DNA of 64,000 nucleotides. It comes from Hormiphora californensis. Its lineage: Eukaryota > Animalia > Ctenophora. The stretch is from assembly GCA_020137815.1 (NCBI GenBank), contig CM035358.1:3410001-3474000 (forward strand), in the 5' to 3' direction. How positions within the stretch are numbered: position 1 is the first letter of the stretch; each line of letters starts with the position of its first letter. Of the stretch, positions 35,475-45,463 are shown in pieces. The notes below the pieces were generated by a model, which was given only the letters and a program-made list of their open reading frames with translations, ran no database searches and was not told the DNA's origin. Both the position numbers and the translations under genes were made by a program.

Positions 35475-37678
35475 AAAATTTTTTCTGTAAATTTTTTCCC
35501 CACCCGGATGATCGTTTTAGCACGTGTGCTAAAAAGATCATAAAGGGTTTAGAAATCTCGGATTTGAAATAGTAACTCGAGCGTGGTCAAAATCGCGTGT
35601 GTCACGGTAGCAGCCTGACAACCGCGATGCTGACAATTTTGAAAAGTTCGTCCGCAAAGTTATTTCACTACGGATTGTGGTGGCGTGCGCTCAAAATTTG
35701 CTGCGCGCGGCGCTCTCAATGCAGCGTTGTTGGTCTCACACCTCGTGCGTTACAGCATGGCGCCGCTACTAGCGCTCGAATGGATTTAACTTCTTAATCA
35801 ATCTGATCGAAACTAAAACTAAAAGCTCAGCTCGTTAGTATGGTGACTGACGGAACGTGAGAAGTTCCCATGCATAGCTTAGTGTCACATAACATTGTAA
35901 TTAGGCGTTGGCGTCGCGACGATCAGATCACATTGCACGGTATCATCTAGTGTGGGCGGCGCTCAGAGATCTCATCGCAGATCGCTTATCAGTGAATGTG
36001 ATCGGTTTGAGTATTCGTTGGCAGGGAAACACAGCATTATGAAACATAATGCAATAATAATTCTTGTTTGGTTTTGTTCCCAGAAAACAGCCTAACACGG
36101 TGTCCATGAAGGAGGTTTTACCTCGCCTAGAGTGACCCGAGAAGTTACGGACCCTACCCCACGTATTTGTCTGAGCTTCATTTTCATGTACGAAAATGTG
36201 TAGTTTTCCGAAATCTTACCTGGATTAGGGTTTGTTGAAGTAGGGATATTTCCGAAATCCACTGTACCAGTTTTTCGGCTGTAATTTTTGAACGCCTGCA
36301 TGAAATCAAAATTCGTAAAAACCAGGTTGTTCGCCTTGAGAAGACGCAACTTTTGGTGTATACTAACTCTTATTTTGATCCACAACTGTGGTCACAGGAG
36401 CCAAAAACGTGTTTGCAGAGTAGACATCTTTAAGGGGCCACAGTAAAGAGAGTTTTCGACCAAATCACACAAACCCATGACCAATCTGTAGCAAATTGAT
36501 TATATTTTATTGGTAAAAATTCTCAAGACCGCATAGTCGGATTTTAAATAACTGTCGTTTTTTGTCTCATATAAGACGGTCCTCTCCGGCCTCCGCACCG
36601 AGCCTTCGGCCCAGTGCGGCTACGTGAGGCGTACCCCTTGTCTACTTGTTTCTGAGTCGCGACGCGCAAACCAAGTGCTATCGCGCGCCAACTCTTCTCT
36701 CTCGTTAGCCTAAATGCGTCTCTCACTTTTCCCACGCACCGTGGGAAAGTCGCGTGAAGCTTTTTTTACAAGAACAAGTGTTGAAAATGTGTAAACCGCG
36801 CCGCGTGTTGATCTTTGCGCGTTCTAAAGCTGTGTTTGGGGTCTGACTGTGCATCGAGGTTGCGCGATGTACAGTCAGTGTCTGACAACGTTTTTTAGAG
36901 TTTTCAAATTTCTTTAAATGATCCTTTTGGATTTTGACCACTTAAGCAATTTTTAGGCATATACGTCCGACCACTTAATCCTTTTAAAAGGGCAAGTCTC
37001 TATCTCTTTTAGTTTTAGAGATATAATGGCATCGTGAAAAAAGCAATAAGTGTCCCGGGTCTATCTATGTACTAGTATCTACCTATGTATGTTTTGACGA
37101 TTGCGAAAGCATGAAACTTTGAGTAAACGATTATTAAATCTTAATAATATTCAACCCTTTTTTTTAGATTAAATGAAATAAACTTCGGTCGCGACATGTT
37201 ATCATAGTAATAGTCGTCAAGGTCTTCAAGATCATGTTGAAAGCTGTAAATAAGAAGCGGGGGCGCCTCTCGTTGGAAGTTATTGAGGTCTTTCAGAAAT
37301 TTTCCGGTTACTCGATCACATCCGACAATTTTCAGGGTTTCAAGGTTCTCCAGAGCATTTATTACTGCAGCAACCTCTTCGTCCGTGATATTGGTGAATT
37401 CTAAGGACAATGTCACGAGGGAGAAACACTTTGTTAACCAATGATACCCACTAGCCCGATCTGCCGGTACATATCTATCTGCTTTAAGGGTTCGCAGTTT
37501 TTGTAGATTTTGTACCTTTCCGAGTTCCGAGCATACCATACGCATGCCTGGTAAAGTGAGAGAAATCAGGTTCGGGCACGTTTCAATAACTGTAGAGATA
37601 CATTGATCAGCGGCATTGAGCGACTCACGAGGAAAGTCAGAGTCTATATGGAGGTACTCCAAATTTGGCATCGATTCC

Positions 37679-37721
37679 AGTTTCAAACTTTTCAACACTA
37701 CTTTAAACAAATTAATTTGAG
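37679..37721 (+). other. Spliced-leader-like 43-mer at the 5' end of LINE A
   Basis: AGTTTCAAACTTTTCAACACTACTTTAAACAAATTAATTTGAG. It is not needed by the host ORF (removing it restores regular LRR spacing), ends in TTTGAG 2 nt before the ORF1 ATG, and matches my recollection of the ctenophore SL exon (not database-verified). Confidence 0.8.
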
Positions 37722-37723
37722 CT

Positions 37724-39016
37724 ATGTCCGATGATGCAGGAATAGTGGAGACAGTGTTGGCGAACTTGAGGACAGCGGCTGGTGCCAAGGGTGCGAAAGC
37801 TGTCGAAGTTTACGAGTTTGAGGATAGCCACGAGGAAAACGTTAGCCGGATGAAAGTTAAAACTAACGATGAACTGAAACCGGTATGTAAGGTTCTGGGA
37901 GTACCGCTAGTGGGACGGGACGGGAAATCTCGAGACAAGCGAGAGCTGGCGGACAAGATAGTTCTCCAGATAGAAACGTTGTTTCCCATTGACTGTCAAG
38001 ACTGCGGTGAAAAATACAGGATCGAACTTGGGAAAAAACCCATATTGAGGTGCTTTCTGTGTGGGCAAGGGGCACACGCATGTAAGTTCTCAGTAGAGGG
38101 AAGCAGGCTTGGGTCTGTATGGTTATGCTTTTGCTGCTGGAAGAAAAATGAGGAAAATACTGACAGGGAGGAGCAGAACCAAGACCCGAATGAGACGGAG
38201 GATGAGAAGACAGTCGGCACCGAGAAGGATGGTGACGAGAAGGTCGACGCTGACGACAACAAGGCGGCAGAGAAAAAAGAAGATACGAGGAAGAAAGGTA
38301 CAGAGGATGGGGACAAAACATTGGAAATTAACTCCGGAAATGTATGCAGTTACTTTCTGAACAAAAATTGCAGACACGGCAGAAAAGGAGATCAGTTGGT
38401 GAACGGAAAATCATGCCCAAAACTTCACCCGGTACTTTGCAAGAGATTCTGCAACTATGGAGGTTCCAAACGTTATGGCTGCATCAAGGGAGTGCAGTGC
38501 AAGTTTCATCATCCACCCCTGTGTAAGGGTTCCGATGCAAGAAGAGCGTGCTACGACAACCAGTGTAGAATGACACACCTATTGCACACTAGTAGGACGA
38601 GAGAGGAACCCCAGAACCCCTGGAAACCAGAAGGGTCAAAGCGGACAACGGCATGGAAACCCTCTGCTCAGGTAGGAGACACAGCAGACACGGCGTTTAG
38701 AGCTAAGCGGCAGAGGAAAATGCCGGAGACAGAAAAAGTTGGAGGACCAGTAACTAAGGAGTTTCTCCTGGAGACACTGGAAAAGATAAATGCCGAACCT
38801 CGTAAAGAGAAACCAGAAGTGAAGAGGGAAGAGCCCCTAACAAAGGATTTTTTACTGAAAGCACTGGAGGTCATGAAGGCAGAAATACAGCAATCGGTGG
38901 TCCTACAGTTACTGGAGTTCAAGACTCAGGTGGTGGATCCGCTAGGGGGAGGAAATATGAAAACAACTTGGGGAACAGCAGGAATACACCCCATACTTCA
39001 AAGTTTCACCTCCTAA
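37724..39016 (+). CDS. LINE A ORF1 (PHD-like finger + three CCCH-type zinc fingers)
   Basis: 430 aa; CQDC..CFLCGQGAHAC..WLCFCC; CSYFLNKNCRHG, CKRFC..GCIKGVQCKFHHP, CKGS..CYDNQCRMTH. Confidence 0.88.
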   Translation: MSDDAGIVETVLANLRTAAGAKGAKAVEVYEFEDSHEENVSRMKVKTNDELKPVCKVLGVPLVGRDGKSRDKRELADKIVLQIETLFPIDCQDCGEKYRIELGKKPILRCFLCGQGAHACKFSVEGSRLGSVWLCFCCWKKNEENTDREEQNQDPNETEDEKTVGTEKDGDEKVDADDNKAAEKKEDTRKKGTEDGDKTLEINSGNVCSYFLNKNCRHGRKGDQLVNGKSCPKLHPVLCKRFCNYGGSKRYGCIKGVQCKFHHPPLCKGSDARRACYDNQCRMTHLLHTSRTREEPQNPWKPEGSKRTTAWKPSAQVGDTADTAFRAKRQRKMPETEKVGGPVTKEFLLETLEKINAEPRKEKPEVKREEPLTKDFLLKALEVMKAEIQQSVVLQLLEFKTQVVDPLGGGNMKTTWGTAGIHPILQSFTS

Positions 39017-41952
39017 ATGCCAGGAGTTTTTGTCCATCCGCGGAGACTACCTGGAAACTTGAGGTGGTACGAGACATGGTGGACGACGAGACCACTCCTG
39101 TGGCTTTCCTGGGCATAACGGAAACCTGGTGGAGAGGGTATATGGCGGAGGCCCAGCTGAAGATTTCCGGATATAACCTGGTGAGATGCGATAGGCAGGG
39201 CAGGATAGGAGGAGGATGTGCCCTGTATGTCCACTCTAGCCTCGCTATATCAGATCAAGTGGAGTATTCGGACACAAGTAACAACCTGGCAGCCGTCTAC
39301 ATGGGCAACACCCACTCAATAGTGGCAGTTATATATCGAGCTGGTACAGATGCAACAGCTTTTCAGAGACTGGTGAAAAAACTGCAGACGTTTATTGATA
39401 CTCATAGCCGGGAAAAAACAGTTCCGGACCTGTGGTTGATGGGTGATTTTAATCTCCCACTCCTGAAATGGAGAGGAGGGTTGTATGAAACTATTGACCA
39501 TCCCTTGTACAATATTATGGGTAACTTGGTAGACGATAATTCTCTCAGCCAAATGGTCAGTTTTCCTACCAGAGGAGAGAACGTCTTAGATCTGGTGCTA
39601 ACCAACCGTCCCGACTATGTCCTTTCAACTAGGGGTGAGGACCTCGGGATTTCTGATCATGAGATGGTTACATGTACCCTGACCTACAATTGCACGGCGA
39701 AGCCCCCCAGGGACGATCGTGTTATGTCAGACTTTGCGGAACTTAATCTCTTAAAAGCTGACTTTGATAGGCTAAACTCTGCCTTTGACGAGGTGGACTG
39801 GGATCAGCTTCAACTACTGTGTACAGAAATGGAAGACCCCGATGGTAGCTTCTTAGAGGTAGTGAGACTTACGGTCCTCCAGGTCTGTAAGATCTTCACT
39901 GAGCTGAAACGTTGGAAAAGTAAACGGAAGGACAAAACACTCCGGCACCTTCGTAGCAGGAGAAGAAAGTTGAACAAGAGAATGGTAGACGCAAAAGGCA
40001 CGACGAAGCTCAAAATTGAGGAGTTGGCCGGGAAAATAACGCTCGCCGTCAAAGCTCATGTAAAAGAAAAGGAGCAGGGGGATGAAGTACGAGCTGCTTC
40101 CGCAATCAAAGTGAACCCTAAATTCTTCTACAGTCATGCTAAATCTCTATCCAAGGTCAAATCAGCGGTGGCTCCACTCCAGAGGCAGGATGGTTCGCTT
40201 ACTACGAACTCGAAGGAGAAAGCAGAACTCCTACAGAGTCAGTATGTTAGGGTGTTTAGCAACCCACTGGACGTGGACCCTGAAAAGGCAGTGGAGAACA
40301 TTGAGGAAAATGAAGCGGAAATAAGCGACATCAGCTTCACGAAGGCGGACATTGAACAGGAACTAAAGGAACTGAAACCGAATTCAGCGGCCCCTCCTGG
40401 TGACATACCGTCCATAGTCTTGAAGAACTGCCGTCGAACCTTGTCCTATCCCATCTGGATTATATGGCAGTCCTCGTTTGAATCTGGTAAAATACCACCC
40501 GTTATGAAGGAGCAGTTCATCTGCCCCATTTTCAAGAAAGGTGATCGTTCAGCACCAGGGAACTATAGACCAGTATCACTGACGTCTCATCTTTCGAAAA
40601 CCTTTGAGAGAATTATCAGGAATCATCTGACTGAGTTCCTTGAGAGGGTAGAACTACATTGTAACGGTCAACATGGGTTCAGAAAAGGGAGAAGTACAAT
40701 GACTCATCTGCTTGCGCACATTGACAGGGTTCTCAAACATCTAACGGATAACTACGAAGTTGATGTGCTATATCTGGACTTCCAGAAAGCGTTTGACCGT
40801 GTTGATACTGGGGTCCTACTGAGAAAACTACAAAAATATGGTGTACGAGGAAAGCTACTTGCCTGGATCAAGGAATTCCTAACAAATAGGAAGCAGGCAG
40901 TGCTAGTGGATGGGGAGCAGTCGCGGTGGGAGTGGGTCCTAAGTAGTGTGATCCAGGGAAGCGTGCTGGGCCCTATTTTGTTCATCTTTTACGTAATCGA
41001 CTTGAAGGAGTCTTTGTCAAGTGCTGACGCTTTGTCGTTTGCAGACGATACGAAGCTCATACAGGTAATACGGACATTGCTAGACCAGGCAGAACTCCAG
41101 AAGGACTTGGGAAATGTGAGTCAGTGGTCTCTGACTAATAATATGAGACTTCATGAGGAAAAATTTCAACTGGTAAACTACTCGCTAGGCAGATCTAAAC
41201 TCCTGAGAGAGCTGCCTTTCGCTGCAGAAACCTTATCCTATGTTACTTCGGGAGGAACTGTGGTGGAGCCAGAGCAGCATGTGAAAGACTTGGGCGTTTG
41301 GCTATCGGCGGATGGTACGTGGACTCATCACATTGGTGATATTGTGAGGAGAGCTAACATGATTGCAGGATGGATATTCTGTGCATTCAGGAGTAGATCC
41401 CGTGAGGTACTTCTAACCCTATATAAGGCGTTGGTTCGACCCATTTTGGAATACTGCTGTTTGGTGTGGTGTCCAACGAGAATCGCTGACATCCAGGCAG
41501 TAGAGAACGTCCAACGGGCATTTACCCGGAAGATCCAAGGGATGAAGGAGCTGGACTATTGGCAGCGTCTAGAGGCGCTGGATCTCATGTCCCTCCAGAG
41601 AAGACGTCAACGATATGAGATGATACACGTTTGGAAAATCTATCACGGGCTAGTACCCAACTGTGTGCAAATGGAGTTCCAGATTGGCCGGTTAGGAGTC
41701 CAGGCAAAGACACAGAAATACCCTTACTGGGCAGATTCCAAATGGGCAGGTCAGTTGTACAACTCGTTCAGCTTCAGGGCACCTCAACTATGGAACAGAC
41801 TCCCTCGAGAGGTTACTCTTTCAGGCACCCTTCCTGGGTTAAAGGCTAACTTGGGTGCATTCATGAAGCAATTCCATGACAGACCACCGGTGCGTGGCTA
41901 CACGACGGTCCCAAATGATTTCAGAGATGCAGGAAGAAAGAACGTTGTGTGA
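38968..41952 (+). CDS. LINE A ORF2 (APE endonuclease + reverse transcriptase), intact; no AUG before the endonuclease start
   Basis: LNARS, ITETW, GDFNLP, LDLVLTN, SDH (APE); NYRPVSLTS, QHGFRKGRS, LDFQKAFDRV, QGSVLGPILF, FADDTKL, KDLGV (RT). Confidence 0.95.
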   Translation: MGNSRNTPHTSKFHLLNARSFCPSAETTWKLEVVRDMVDDETTPVAFLGITETWWRGYMAEAQLKISGYNLVRCDRQGRIGGGCALYVHSSLAISDQVEYSDTSNNLAAVYMGNTHSIVAVIYRAGTDATAFQRLVKKLQTFIDTHSREKTVPDLWLMGDFNLPLLKWRGGLYETIDHPLYNIMGNLVDDNSLSQMVSFPTRGENVLDLVLTNRPDYVLSTRGEDLGISDHEMVTCTLTYNCTAKPPRDDRVMSDFAELNLLKADFDRLNSAFDEVDWDQLQLLCTEMEDPDGSFLEVVRLTVLQVCKIFTELKRWKSKRKDKTLRHLRSRRRKLNKRMVDAKGTTKLKIEELAGKITLAVKAHVKEKEQGDEVRAASAIKVNPKFFYSHAKSLSKVKSAVAPLQRQDGSLTTNSKEKAELLQSQYVRVFSNPLDVDPEKAVENIEENEAEISDISFTKADIEQELKELKPNSAAPPGDIPSIVLKNCRRTLSYPIWIIWQSSFESGKIPPVMKEQFICPIFKKGDRSAPGNYRPVSLTSHLSKTFERIIRNHLTEFLERVELHCNGQHGFRKGRSTMTHLLAHIDRVLKHLTDNYEVDVLYLDFQKAFDRVDTGVLLRKLQKYGVRGKLLAWIKEFLTNRKQAVLVDGEQSRWEWVLSSVIQGSVLGPILFIFYVIDLKESLSSADALSFADDTKLIQVIRTLLDQAELQKDLGNVSQWSLTNNMRLHEEKFQLVNYSLGRSKLLRELPFAAETLSYVTSGGTVVEPEQHVKDLGVWLSADGTWTHHIGDIVRRANMIAGWIFCAFRSRSREVLLTLYKALVRPILEYCCLVWCPTRIADIQAVENVQRAFTRKIQGMKELDYWQRLEALDLMSLQRRRQRYEMIHVWKIYHGLVPNCVQMEFQIGRLGVQAKTQKYPYWADSKWAGQLYNSFSFRAPQLWNRLPREVTLSGTLPGLKANLGAFMKQFHDRPPVRGYTTVPNDFRDAGRKNVV

Positions 41953-42408
41953 GGCTGTAAATGTTGTTTTGCTGCTCATGCTGTTTATGTTTTTATGTTA
42001 AGTAAGGGACTGTAAATAAACAATTTGACAAGGAGGACCCACGCGATGGGAATTTCATCACGTTTTATGTATTGTGTAAAAATATAATTGAACTTGAACT
42101 TGAACTTGAACTTCTTAAAAAGGAGATGATTTGAGAAATCAATCTTTAGTCTTTTCATCATAGGCATCAACGGTATGGCTGTCTGTAGAGGGACGCGTCT
42201 GATGTAATAAAAAGACACTTCCAAGTGTTCCAAAGTATTGCAGAACGATTGAAGGGTGAACACCAAACTATGTAGTGAAAACTGTATATTCGTATTCACA
42301 CCCCTCCTCAAAGGTCCCTTCATAGTTTTAAAAGATCTTAACGGATTATTTTCTAGGTAAACAGGAATGCATTGCCCATTGATCTTACAATCTGCACTCT
42401 GTATATCA

Positions 42409-45108
42409 CAAGGGGTGTTCCTGCGAATTCGGATATAGGATTGCGCCACTCTCGAAAACTCCGCGCATGCGCCCTCTGTTTCTATTTGGCGCCATAGCTC
42501 AAGAATGGCGCCACCCCGGAACTATGTGAGAACACCAAGTTCAAGAGAATTGTCTCACCTACACCCTCGAAAAAGAAATAGAGAAAACGAATGAGCCAAA
42601 GCCAAGCTACGTATCAAAATGTTTTGACTACCAAAATATGTGAGTGAAGGTGTGGTGTCTTCCAGGGGGTGTAGCTCTGGAACAAAACAAAATCTCGGAA
42701 AGTTCTTGGTAGCCGTGTGTACAAAATCGTCCTGGCTACCCATTGGCATCAAATCTAGAGCAATTTGGTCAACCATGTGAGTTTCTATAAAGCTTTTCTT
42801 GCTTGCGACGGCTTTTTGAGATTCTGGGGCGATCTCTAACTTTCACAATGCTGAAAAGATCACTTTTCATCGCGCGTTTTCGCGCGCCCTCTCCCCTTCT
42901 CTGCAGCTCAGGGGTGTTGGGAGCTAACACGTGTGTGTGTGTTGAAGATATATATCCGAACTCGCAAATTACAAAAACTACAAATAAGCGTTTATGTGTC
43001 CGATTTCAGGGGTAACTAAACGGTATTCCTAATTAGTAGCTCACATTACAGCATTCCTATGTACTTCTACCATCTACTCACATCACCCTGGCCACTCCTT
43101 TACCCAAATCAGGTCTCAGCTGTATCATATCAAACACACCCAATGTGTAATGTGTGGCTTGTGAAATATGTAATCCTATATTTCAAGTCTTTATCTCTAT
43201 CTCTATCTCTATCTCTTGCCCTCTCTTTCTATATTGCCCTTTCTCTCCAGCACTATGACTGCAGTATGCTGCAGTAGGGCCGAGTCCTGATCATCGGAAT
43301 GAAGGAGAATACAATTACACCGAGTTATTGAACAGAAAAACACCATGCACAGTTAAACCCATAAAGTTACACATAACTGGGTTATCTCTCTACCTCTCTC
43401 TTTCTCATTCTCCACATCCCTCTCTTTTTCCATCTCGGTGTGTGAGCGCTTCAGATATTTCACTAGGACAAGCGAGGGCCGAGGAAAGGAAGAAAGAAAG
43501 AAGGAGAGACCGGGCGGTTGAGTTGTGCCACTATCAGTAGGAACAGTTCTTTGTAACTGTAGTGTGTCCTCACACCAAGGTCGCCACTCTGTCTGGAGTG
43601 TCGTGTGTAAGTGTGTCATACCTGCTGCTTTCTCTCTTTCTCTCTCCCTCACTCTCTCTCCCGCTCCCTCTTCTCTCCCTCTCTTTCTGGATCCGGGCCA
43701 GGGGATTTGGGGATTTAACTCTGCTCTCGAGCCTGGGACTTTACGGCCCGATGTGGGAGTGGTGTGTGTAATGGACCGAGAAAGAGAGAGGGAGGGAGAG
43801 AGAGGGAGAGGGAGAGAGAGAAAGTGAGGGAGAGAGAAAGAGAGAAAGAGAGAAAGCAGCAGGTATGACACACTTACACACGACACTCCAGACAGAGTGG
43901 CGACCTTGGTGTGAGGACAATGGACATACTACAGTTACGAAGAACTGTTCCCACTGATAGTGGCACAACTCAACCGCCCGGTCTCTCCTTCTTTCTTTCT
44001 TCCTTTCCTCGGCCCTCGCTTGTCCTAGTGAGATATCTGAAGCGCTCACACACCGAGATGGAAAAAGAGAGGGATGTGGAGAATGAGAAAGAGAGAGGTA
44101 GAGAGATAACCGAGTGTGTAACTTTATGGGTTTAACTGTGCATGGTGTTTTTCTGTTCAATAACTCGGTGTAATTGTATTCTCCTTCATTCCGATGATCA
44201 GGACTCGGCCCTACTGCAGCATACTGCAGTCATAGTGCTGGAGAGAAAGGGCAATATAGAAAGAGAGGGCAAGAGATAGAGATAGAGATAGAGATAAAGA
44301 CTTGAAATATAGGATTACATATTTCACAAGCCACACATTACACATTGGGTGTGTTTGATATGATACAGCTGAGACCTGATTTGGGTAAAGGAGTGGCCAG
44401 GGTGATGTGAGTAGATGGTAGAAGTACATAGGAATGCTGTAATGTGAGCTACTAATTAGGAATACCGTTTAGTTACCCCTGAAATCGGACACATAAACGC
44501 TTATTTGTAGTTTTTGTAATTTGCGAGTTCGGATATATATCTTCAACACACACACACGTGTTAGCTCCCAACACCCCTGAGCTGCAGAGAAGGGGAGAGG
44601 GCGCGCGAAAACGCGCGATGAAAAGTGATCTTTTCAGCATTGTGAAAGTTAGAGATCGCCCCAGAATCTCAAAAAGCCGTCGCAAGCAAGAAAAGCTTTA
44701 TAGAAACTCACATGGTTGACCAAATTGCTCTAGATTTGATGCCAATGGGTAGCCAGGACGATTTTGTACACACGGCTACCAAGAACTTTCCGAGATTTTG
44801 TTTTGTTCCAGAGCTACACCCCCTGGAAGACACCACACCTTCACTCACATAATTTGGTAGTCAAAACATTTTGATACGTAGCTTGGCTTTGGCTCATTCG
44901 TTTTCTCTATTTCTTTTTCGAGGGTGTAGGTGAGACAATTCTCTTGAACTTGGTGTTCTCACATAGTTCCGGGGTGGCGCCATTCTTGAGCTATGGCGCC
45001 AAATAGAAACAGAGGGCGCATGCGCGGAGTTTTCGAGAGTAATAATAATAATAATTATTATTATTACTCTCGAAAATCCTATATCCGAATTCGCAGGAAC
45101 ACCCCTTG
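42409..45108. mobile_element. 2.7-kb foldback element with ~1.25-kb near-identical inverted arms and 6-bp TSD
   Basis: Termini CAAGGGGTGTTCCTGCGAATTCGGATATAGGATT at both ends; TSD ATATCA (42403-42408, 45109-45114); mirror-image ORFs in the ORF track; no transposase. Confidence 0.93.
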
Positions 45109-45463
45109 ATATCAATCTCCAGATCTTTTAATCCTTTTAAATTGGTAAGCATCAATCTTAAATTGTTTTCATCTAACCGGTATGCATGTATAGTTAACGT
45201 CTCTAGAGCTGGCGGTGTGTTGGTAAAAAAGGCTCGGATAAATTTATTTCCAAACTCGACCCCTACAAAACTAAGGTGTGTAAGATTTTTACACAGTCCA
45301 ATAGCTGTTGCAATTTCACAATTTGGTCGTGAGTATGAGAAATAGATATTTCGCAGACTCTCCCTACCTAACTGTATTACTAACATCATTGCAGCCAAAA
45401 AGGCTTTATCTCCCCCAGTACGATTGAGACTTTTTTGTAGACTGTTTCCATCGAGATGCTGAA

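Larger units (their letters stand above)
37679..42113 (+). mobile_element. LINE A: full-length CR1/L2-group non-LTR retrotransposon
   Basis: ORF1 + ORF2, short 3' UTR with hairpin, (GAACTT)n tail, no real TSD, 3' microhomology AACTT with the target. Confidence 0.95.

Noticed and set aside
37680-37788. N-terminal part of ORF 37141..37788 (MAPAAVLKF..AQINLFKVVLKSLK) as real host protein
   Set aside because: It is the antisense reading of the LINE ORF1 start and the SL-like 43-mer; the host frame rejoins cleanly without it.
42555-44685. Duplicated short ORFs on opposite strands as gene duplicates or a transposase
   Set aside because: They are mirror images from the foldback arms, with no recognisable domain.
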